The notes under the pieces were generated by a model. The model did no database searches. It was not told the DNA's origin and worked only from the letters and a program-made list of their open reading frames with translations. A program made the translations under genes and the position numbers. From the NCBI GenBank assembly GCA_951406725.2, contig OX597815.1:57846001-57910000 (forward strand): a stretch of 64,000 nucleotides of DNA, in the 5' to 3' direction. How positions within the stretch are numbered: position 1 is the first letter of the stretch; each line of letters begins with the position of its first letter. This stretch comes from Octopus vulgaris (taxonomy: Eukaryota). Shown here in pieces: positions 51,080 through 62,013 of the stretch.

Positions 51080-51314
51080 CTGAACATAAACAGCACCAGT
51101 AACGCAACTTTCTAAAGTCACAGTCTTTGATATGCGTTGATATTGCTCTTCAACTGATAGAGTGCCACGTAACAGGCCCAATTTCTCTAGATTTTTTAGC
51201 TGAGACAGGATATTTTCCAAAGCATTAGCCACTTGATCAGGATTGACATCAAACATAGAAACTTTATAGCCAGAAGCAGCAAACAGCATTGCCCAACTGC
51301 AGCCAATAAAACCA
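51080..51314 (-). CDS. CRYL1: CRYL1 exon (235 nt) with the second half of the GxGxxG NAD-binding motif; upstream exon not found in the window
   Basis: (S)GFIGCSWAMLFAASGYKVSMFD..LLRGTLSVEEQ..GAVYVQ; tttttcctag acceptor in phase 2, CAG|GTATAA donor. Confidence 0.97.
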
Positions 51315-52165
51315 CTAGGAAAAATAGAAAGTAATAATTATTTTTAATTGCTGGCAAGAAAATCTATAGAGATAACATAAAAATAATTATTTTATACAGA
51401 ATAACATTCTTTGTCTGCATTCTATTTCACATATTTGGATTAATTCTGAACAGTTTTTGAAGAATACAACTCATCAATAATGCACTCTTGTTTATTACAT
51501 CAAGCTTTGACAATAAGTATTCAGTTTTTCAATCAATTAAACTATAGCCTTTAAATTTAACATGTAAGTCACTGACTATACTAGACATAAGCCTCAGGCT
51601 GACTCAGCATGACAGTATGTCAATAAGCTGTGCCTTTGAATTACAGGTTCAAGTCACACATGGAGTGCAACACAGTTTCTAACCGTAACCCAGTTTCACT
51701 CACATGACTTAAGTTCATCTGAGTATGGCAATAGACAATTGTTCAAAATGCTATGCGATAGGATGGAACTTGTGAGTGTCTGTGCGTATATATTGTTTTA
51801 TTTCTTTACTTGTTTCAGTCATTTGACTGTGGCCATGCTGGAGCACAGATTTTAGTTGAGCAAATCAACCACAGGAACTTATTCTTTGTAAGCCTGGTAC
51901 TTATTCTGTCAGCCTCTTTTGGCGAGCCGCTAAGTTATCACACTGACATCGGTTGTCGAACAATGCTGGGTGGGGGGGGACAAACACAGACACACAAATA
52001 TATAAGATGGGCTTCATTCAGTTTCTATCAACCAAATCAACTCATAAGGTTTTAGTCTGTCTCAGACTATAGTAGAACACATTTGCCCAAGGTGCCGTGT
52101 AGTGAGACTGAGCCCGGACCCATGTGGTTGGTAAGTAAGCTTCTTACCACACAGCCACACCTATG

Positions 52166-52209
<44 letters not shown>

Positions 52210-52228
52210 AATATATATATATATATAT

Positions 52229-53426
52229 GAGGCTTGATTAATTTGTAAATAAAGTTTCTAAATAATGATGAATAAAACTGGACCTTATATACCTATACAC
52301 CCTAGAATAACTTTGAAAGACCATAAGGAAAATTTTTACTCTAACCCTAAGTTTAGATTAATTTGTCCATGTAAATCAGATTTAGGTAAATTAAGTAAAA
52401 TTATTCTGGATAAATACATGAATAGATTAAATGAATTTAATTACCTTAAACTTTGGAACAGTACTAATAATACTTTAAAATGGTTTCATAATACTAAAGA
52501 TAAAAATAAATATAAATTCATTCAAATAGATATAGATAATTATTATTCTTCTATTAATGAGATTGTACTCAATAAAGCCCTAATATATGCAATGAATAAG
52601 GTAGGAATGACCTCTGATGAAGTTAATGTTATTAAAATGGCTAGGAAATCGTTAATTAGATATAATAATAAATTATGGGCTAGGAAGGATACTAGAAACT
52701 ATTTTGATATACCTATGGGGGCACCTGATTCTGCACAGGCCACTGATTTAGTAGGTATTTATTATCAGAACTTCAATTAGAACATTTAAATTTGGAGAGT
52801 GGTTTATATAGGGATGACCTTTTATTACTTACTAGAGATTGTACAAATAGAAAATTAGAATTATATAAAAAGAAACTTTATAATTTCTTTAAAAGATATG
52901 GTTTAAGTAATACTATTTATAATGAGAACTATGTTAATTATTTAGATGTTAATTTTAATGTAATAATGGGTAAAACCCATCCATTCCATAAAATTAATGA
53001 AAATCTCAGATATATTAATACTTATAGTAATCATCCACCTTCTGTTAAAAAATTGTTAATAAATAATGTAGGTAAAAGAATATCATTACTTTCTTATGAT
53101 TTAGAGATTTTTAATAAACATGCACCTTATTATAATAAAGCCTTGTATGAGGCAGGATACAATAATAATATTAAATATTAAACGTAATTATAATTTGAAG
53201 GAGAATAATTTAAATGATTTTTATAATGATAAACCTAATTATCTGAATTATGATAAATTTTATTTAGGTATCTATCGTCTTAACAATAATAGGTATTTTG
53301 ATGATATAAATCATACATTTAATATTGAAATAAAAAATAAAAATAGAAATAATAAAAATAAAAATAAAAATAAGATAAAATTTAATTCAATTAATGAAGA
53401 TAATAAATTTAATAATATTACAAAAA

Positions 53427-53485
<59 letters not shown>

Positions 53486-54983
53486 TAATAATAATAGATA
53501 AGAATTTGTATTATCATAATTTAAACACTTTATATAGGGTCCACTTCAAATAAAATTAAATCAAGAATATCTCAACATATGTATTCTTTTAGGAATAAAA
53601 ATCTAATACATTCAACAGGTCTCAGTAAATATATTTGGGACCTTAAATCTAGATCTATTAAATATAAATTAACTTGGGAGATTATTTGTAGGGCTAAATC
53701 ATATTGTATAGGGAGTAATTATTGTTCACTATATAATAACGAATTTAAAGAAATATTATTTAATAACAATTGTGTTGGTAAACTAATTGGAGGAACGTAA
53801 AATTAAATGTAAACATAAATTAAATTACCTATATAATAGGTTTAGCTAATAAATAAATGATTATACAAATTTATTAAGATATATTAATTATAGTAATATA
53901 AATTAATTTAAATATAATATATATATTTATTTTACTTATTATTTAGGCTTTAAATTTATAGTAAATAGTCATTTAAAATTAAATGCTAACATAAATTTAT
54001 TTACCTATATAATACGTTAACTTATTTTTCAGTATGAATAAAACCTTATTTCTTTTTATGTTATTTATTTCTTGTAGATATAATTTAATAGTATTAGAGT
54101 ATAATTTACTATATTATTATATGTTATATTAATATATTTGAACAATATTAGACTTAAATATTTCATAATACATAAATGATTATATATAATTTTATTAAGA
54201 CCTATTAGTTATAGTAATATAAATTAATTTAATATTAGATGTATATTGTACGTAATAATCATTTGAAACTTAATTTATAGTAAAATGTCTTTATAGTAAA
54301 ATGTCATTTGTTATTCTATTTTTCTTATTGTTCTTTAATTCATGAAGCTTAAATATTTTTGTCTTTTTCATTAATAAATAGACCTATTTTTTTACATTTA
54401 AAATTCAGTTATATTATTTTCATTGACAAGCTAAGTAACATTTTTTGTTTATCAATATTATTTGGCTTTTGAATTGCATTGGGTTTGATTATTATTATCA
54501 TTACTATTATTATTATTATTATTATTATTGTAATTATTATTGCTGTTGAACATTAATTTTATATATAGTTTCTTGATAGTTATTAGTGATGATAGTTATT
54601 AGTTATGATATCTATTTATTTAGTATGCTTTATTATTATTTTCATAATGTGATTTAATGTATTAAATATAATTTAATTTGAGAATTAGTTTTGTAAGACA
54701 ATACGTTATTTAATAATTAGGTGGTATATTTATTATGTAGTACTACATTTAAGTAAATTAGTTTTATATTAATTGATATTTTGGTCAACTATACTAATGA
54801 GTGAAATATTAAATCTATAGATACTACATATATATTAATATAGTTAGAATATTTGACCCATTTCCTATTTTTGATTCCAGTATTTATGGCTTGTACTAGC
54901 ATTCTGTGTATTACTTAACATTAAGGTTTTTAGTATAAATTGCTTAATGGGTATAAGAGTTTATATCAATTTTTATTAAATTA

Positions 54984-54985
<2 letters not shown>
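52229..54985 (+). mobile_element. 5'-truncated Penelope-like element (RT, GIY-YIG remnant, very AT-rich 3' region)
   Basis: ITLKDHKENF, FIQIDIDNYYSSI, FDIPMGAPDSA, GLYRDD, NYLDV, SNHPP; YIGST..STGLSKYIWDLK; frameshifts; flanked by (TA)n. Confidence 0.92.
53428..53495. repeat. (AAT)n microsatellite in the Penelope linker
   Basis: Directly visible. Confidence 0.95.
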
Positions 54986-55039
<54 letters not shown>

Positions 55040-56058
55040 TTAAATCCTTAAAAATGTTTTAGCCCGAAGGCCGCGGCCATGCTGGGGCACCACCGCTGAA
55101 TGAGCTACACTAGTTTGTGAATCCACCTCTGATACGTGGCACTTGATCAACAAGGGAGTTCGATGCTGCTGCCCGCATCCGTGTCTCCTATCGTGAGGTA
55201 GGTTCATCTGGGACTCCCAACAAGAAGAGATCCAGTTTAGTTTTAAAGAAACCCACATCCACACCATGTAAGTCTCTCAGGCATTTAGGGAGGATGTTAA
55301 AGAGCTGTGGTCCTCTGAAACCCAAGCTGTTGCAGTATCTGGACTTGTATTCTGATGGTGATGTTGGAATCCTTGGCACTACGCAGCGGCGCCCCGTTCT
55401 GCGGTTGGAGTAACTTTGAATGCCAAAGTTTGGGACAAGACCCTCCAGGATTTTCCGGATGTATATCACTGCATATCTCTCCCGCCTCCACTCCAGGGAG
55501 AAGAGGTTTAATACCTTCAGTCTTTCCCAGTAGCTGACATTTTGCATTGAGACGATTTTCTTTGTGTAGCTTCTCTGAATTGCTTCGAGTTCTGCTGTTT
55601 GTTTTATATTGTGTGGTGACCAAAGTTGGGAGCAGTAGTCCAAGCGGCTGAGGATGAATGTTTTCCATAGGACCATCAGTGTCTCCTTGTTGTTCTGAAA
55701 GTTCGGAGAATCCATCCAGCTAGCCGTCTGCATTTTATCACCAGATTAGCAATATGCATTTGGAAAGATGCATCATTGCTCATGTCAATGCCCAGGTCAC
55801 GCACTGATTTTGACTCAGGGATTGCAATTCTTCCTGGGCCAGTGTATCCAGTCTTCACGTCATTTACCTTCGTGTGCCAGTAGCGCAGGGCCTGGAACTT
55901 ACCTGCATTAAACTGCATGTTGTTGTCCTCAGCCCACCTGTATATTGTGTCCAGCTCATGTTGCAGATGCGCAATATTTTCAGGGTTTTGTATTGCGTGG
56001 GAGACTTTTGTGTCATCTGCATAGCTAGCAAGGGTGGTCATTGTAGCAACTGAAGGCA
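55040..56058 (-). mobile_element. CR1/L2-group LINE, 5'-truncated, comparatively intact
   Basis: ASYADDTKV, NNMQFNAGKF, VRDLGI, SRLDYCSQLWSP, FKTKLDLFL; tail GGCGGTGCCCCAGCATGGCCGCGG. Confidence 0.92.
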
Positions 56059-56167
56059 TATATATATATGTTTTATCTTATATTTAATCTTTCTATAATA
56101 TGTAATTTTTCTAAATGGTATAATTAATTTTTCCTTATTGAATTGATAAAAGGTGTTTTTCTACTTT

Positions 56168-56588
56168 AAATATATATAGGAATATATATATGTATATATA
56201 TATGTATATATATGTATATATATATATGTATATATGTACATATATATATGTATATATGTACATATATATGTATATATATGTACATATATATGTATATATA
56301 TATGTATATATATATATGTATATATGTACATATATATGTATATATATGTACATATATATGTATATATATATGTATATATATATATGTATATATATATGTA
56401 TATATATATATGTATATATATGTACATATATATATGTACATATATATGTGTATATATATGTACATATATATATGTACATATATATGTAGATATATATGTA
56501 TATATATATATATATGTATATATATATGTATATATATATATATGTATATATATATGTATATATATATATATGTATGTATGTATGTATG

Positions 56589-56622
<34 letters not shown>
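56168..56622. repeat. Compound (TA)n / TATG / TACA microsatellite
   Basis: Directly visible. Confidence 0.97.
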
Positions 56623-56744
56623 CAAAATAAGAAAATGGAGAAATACACCTTAATCAATAATCAACTACCAGACAATACCCATTCACATAATTTATTAACC
56701 AACTACATATGAACATCAAGGTCAAACATAATAGTACAGAACGA

Positions 56745-58434
56745 ATACATCTAATAGAAGGCTAGATTTACTGAAAAAACGACTGCATAAATTTTTTAAG
56801 AGTTTTGGTTTATCTATAATTATTGAAAATGAAAATTACTCTGTCAATTATTTAGAAGTTAATTGCAACCTTACTAATGGGATACATGAACCTTATATTA
56901 AACCTAATTCTAACTTAGTATATATAAACTACTCTAGCAATCACCCCCTCAAATTAAAAAGTCACTATTGCGTAGCATTAGTCAGAGAATCTCTTATCTA
57001 TCCTCAAATTGGGACATATTTAATAAGCATAGTGAAAGATATAACACTGCATTGCATAAGGCAGGCTACACGAGTAAAATTAAGTATATACCTAATAATA
57101 ATCTTTTGAATCAAGGTGGATCTACTACTACAAACATAAATGAATTTCGAGTGGACAACAACAACTTTAGGGTAAAGAACAATAGGCTATATAAAAGTGT
57201 GTATGGCAATAATACTAGTATTGGTACTAATGGAGCTGTTGATCTTAGCTTAAATAACTTAGCACACAATATTGAGATTAATAATATTAATAATAATATG
57301 AATAATAATAAAGATATTATCTACGATAATAGAAAAACTTATTTACACCATAATAACAATACCAATTTTAACAATGATTTTAGTCATAATCTTGGTAATA
57401 TTAATCACAGAGGGCATAGGGGTTGGAAGAGGAACAGAGTTTTTGCTAATAATAAGAATTTGATAGGTAACCCACATAGTGATAATGATGCACTATGGCT
57501 GATAATCCCATATGCAATGCAAATTAAAATGGATATAGTTAGAATGATCCATAGTTTATTGTACAAGCACTTTGAGAAGGGTAAGAATAAATATTGTCAA
57601 ATAATTAATAATAAAACTATCAGAATAGGGTATAGCCTTACTCACAATTTAGCCACCATCATTTCCTTCTTTAATAATAGAAAATTAGACCGCTTCTATA
57701 GTGATAGAAGGATAAACTTGGGTAGCAGAAATGTGCCTCTCCATAACTTGAGAGGTAATAAATCTAATAGTGCGAACGTGATTAACCCTCACATTGGTTA
57801 TAATAGTACTATCTCTGTAGCGACAAATAATAATTTGGTTGATGATACTGCTATTCGTAGTAGTAGTCCTAATGATTTGAATATTACTAATAATGTTAAA
57901 CATGGACTCCCGTTGAATATAGGATTAAGTAGTGGGAATGAGGTTAACATTATAAACAATAATAGGGATGCAGTGAATTGTAGCAAGGTTAAATTTCCTC
58001 AATCAGATAGCATCTGCAATTGCAGAAACAAAAACAAATGTGTGTTCAATAATGAATGCCTGAGGAAAGGGGTGGTTTATCAATGCATTGTGAATACACA
58101 ACATGATAGTAGGGTGTATATTGGTGCGACTAAAAATAGTATGAAACAACGACTGAACTATCATAGATACACTTTCAAAAATAAAAATAGGATGAATTCT
58201 ACGGGGTTAAGTACTTATATTTGGGAACTTAAGAGCAAGAATATAGATTTTGACTTAAATTGGAAAATACTCACTTTGGCACCAGTATATAATAATAGAA
58301 ATAAAAAATGCTCTTTATGCATCAATGAAATCTTCTTTATCATCAAAGCTAGCTTACCCATTATTAATAATATTAACGAGCGAAATTTTTTTTACCTTCA
58401 CAGACTAGCGTATACTTTCTCTAGATTTAAATAG
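56745..58434 (+). mobile_element. Penelope-like element 3' half: RT thumb, Asn-rich linker, GIY-YIG endonuclease
   Basis: YIKPNSNLVYINYSSNHP; 488-aa ORF with CNCRNKNKC..C, GVVY..VYIGAT, QRLNYH, STGLSTYIWELK, CSLCINE. Confidence 0.92.
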
Positions 58435-59139
58435 CACCTAGTTTTTATATAAACATTTTTATATAGGATTACGTTCATAGACATTATAATTTATAATTTT
58501 ATATTTCCACATATGTGTTCTGTATTGATTGGTTTTGTCTTGGTTTGAAAATATTGAAATATATATGTATATTCTGATATATACATGGTTTTTTGATCTT
58601 CATGGAATTTTCCATTGGTGTCGGGCGTATACATGAATCATATCTTAGGCTGTTGGTTTGGGACTTTGATATACTGATACGTACCTGGTTTGGGTCTATA
58701 TTTAGTATATGGTGTCTACATTTGGATAAGTATGTGTATATATATTTACTTATATTTTGTGTGTATGTATATGTATGTATATGTATATATATGTATATGT
58801 ATAGATATGTATAAGTGTTAGTGTATGTGTTTGTCTACACATGCATGTGTATACTTACATGTGATTGTATATGTATATATATCTTCCTTGTGGGTCTTCC
58901 CATGTATTTGTTTGGTAGTCTTAAATATTAAGTTCTCTATGTATATATTTATATTTATACTTATTTTGTACTTATTTGTACTTATTTTGTACTTATTTTT
59001 GTTTTTATTTATTTTTTAAATATTTTTTTTATATTCTATTTTTTATTATTCTTAAATTCTTTTATTATTTTATTTTTTAGTTACTGGTACTTATTAATTT
59101 ATAACTTATAATTCATAATTTATGTTAACATATAAATGT

Positions 59140-59620
<481 letters not shown>

Positions 59621-59793
59621 CTTCTATGTTTGGTTATGTATGAATGTATGTATACGCAAAGATGTGGGCAGGCTTGTATATCTGTACTTCTGAATGTGTA
59701 TGTGGGTATATCTACATATGTTCATGTGTATATTTATATATATATATAGGTTCACTGGTGGATATGTGTGTATATGTTTTTATATATATAGGT

Positions 59794-61133
59794 ATCATCA
59801 TCATCATCATCATCATCATCATCGTTTAACGTCCATTCTCCATGCTAGCATGGGTTGGACGGTTCGACCAGGGATCTGGGAAGCCAGAAGGCTGCACCAG
59901 GCTCCAGTCTTATCTGGCAATGTTTCTACAGCTGGATGCCCTTCCTAACGCCAACCACTCCGTGAGTGTAGTGGGTGCTTTTTACGTGCCACCTGCACAG
60001 GTGCCAGGCGAGGCTGGCAGCGGCCATGGTCAGATTGGTGTATTTTATGTGCCACCGGCACAGAAGCCAGTCGAGGCGGTACTAGCATCGGCCACGAGTC
60101 GGATAGTGCTTTTTACGTACCACCAAACCAGGGATCCTGGCTGGTTCAATTCGATTTCGATTTCGATTTCGCTTGCCCCAACATGTCTTCACAAGCAAAG
60201 GGGGTTGGCATGGGTGCCTGTCGTACAGTCGGATTGGAGTATTTTACGTGCCACCGGCACGGAAGCCAGTGGAGGCGGCGCTGGCATCAGCCACGAGTCG
60301 GATAGTGCTTTTTACGTACCACCAGACCAGGGATCCTGGCTGGTTCAATTCGGTTTCTATTTTGATTTTGCTTGCCCCAACATGTCTTTGCAAGCAAAGG
60401 GGGTTGGCATGGGTGCCTGTCGTCGGATGAGGTTCTATATCGACTTCGCTTGCCTCAACAGGTCTTTGTGTCCAAGGGAGGAAAGGCATTCATAAGTGGG
60501 CTGGGCTCACTTGTCCTGCCTGGTCTTCTCACGTACAGAATATTTCCAAAGGTCTCGGTCGCTGGTCATTTCCTCAGTGAGGCCTAAAATTTGAAGGTCG
60601 TGCTTCACCACCTCGTCCCAGGTTTTCCTGGGTCTACCTCTTCCACGGGTTCCCTCAACTGCTAGGGAGTAGCACTTTCTCACACACCTATCTTCATCCA
60701 TTCTCGCCACATGACCATACCAGCGCAATCGTCTCTCTTGCACACCACAACTGATGCTTCTTAGGTACAACATTTCTCTCAAGGTGCTAACGCTCTGTCG
60801 AGTATGTACACTGACATTACACATCCATCGGAGCATACTGGCTTCATTCCTCATGAGCTTACGCATGTCCTCAGCAGTCACGGCCCATGTTTCACTGCCA
60901 TGTAGCATGGCTGTTCGTACACACGCATCATACAGTCTGCCTTTTACTCTGAGCGAGAGGCCTTTAGTCACCAGCAGAGGTAAGAGCTCCCTAAACTTTG
61001 CCCAGGCTATTCTTATTCTAGCAGTTACACTTTCAGCGCACCCACCCCCACTACTGACTTGGTCACCTAGATAACGGAAGCTATCAACTACTTCTAGTTT
61101 TTCCCCCTGGAAAGTGACGGAAGTTGTTTTCTG
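59794..61133 (-). mobile_element. 5'-truncated, young PHD-family RTE-like LINE
   Basis: Intact C-terminal ORF to 60507 (SFRYLG, HGSETW, RLRWYGHV); 3' UTR with modules and a ~199-bp duplication; (ATG)n tail. Confidence 0.95.
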
Positions 61134-61860
61134 TATATATATGAGTATGTATGTGTATACAAATGTTTGCGGATATAATTTGGTGTAGTTCTCCACACCT
61201 GTATATATATGGTTTTTGTATGTATATTGTAATTCTATCTATATGTATATCTGCGTATGTTTATATGTATATTCATGCTTTTATGGGTGAATTTGCGTTA
61301 GTGTATATAAGTAATATATGTGTGTGCGGGTGTGTGTATGTGTATGTGTGTGTATGCTGATGCAGTTTTCCCATTGCCTGTGCATGTTTATTGGCAGTGT
61401 GTGTGTGGGTGTACATGTGGAGGTGTATTCATTTTTGTTATGCGGTGTGTTTGTGTGTGGGGGGATGTATGCGTGTGTCTGTTGGTTTGGTGTACATTTG
61501 GGTGCTTCGGTGTATGTATGCATGTGTGTATGTATGTGTTGATCTTGGATTTGTAGGTTTGTCTGTTGCTTGTATGTGTATTTGTGGGGGTTTTTAGGTG
61601 TAGGGGTACATATGTATGAGTCTTGGTGCAAATGTTATTGTCGGTGTGTGCCTTAAATAAGAGTTGAAATAAAAATAAAAATAGGCATATAAATACCGAT
61701 AGATATAGATTACATAATTTTTGATGGGTTGTGTTTCGTGTTTGAGGGTACGTGGTTGTGGTGGTAAATGGCTCCGGTTTTTTGTTTGGTGGCTTTATGT
61801 TTGTTTTGTGTATGGATGTGTGGTGTGCTGCGTTGGGGTTTGTACAGAGTTGGGGTTTGA
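61134..61860. repeat. TG/TA-rich low-complexity tract continuing 58720-59790
   Basis: Same composition on both sides of the LINE insertion. Confidence 0.8.
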
Positions 61861-62013
61861 GTGGGCTCACACTTGAAAGTGTTGATATCTGGACGGTTTC
61901 GTAGTATTCTGGTTGTTTACGATATAATCGGAGTAAATTTTAATTATTTATCTTATGCAAATAACGTACTTCTTCTTTACACTAGTCATGGTAATTCTGT
62001 GTGTTGAGTTTAT

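Noticed and set aside
52265-58434. Selenoprotein-encoding Penelope element
   Set aside because: No in-frame TGA at the conserved Cys positions visible here; a SECIS element could not be assessed by eye
61878-61905. Hammerhead half-motif CGAAACCGTC on the minus strand
   Set aside because: No CTGANGA partner at a suitable distance
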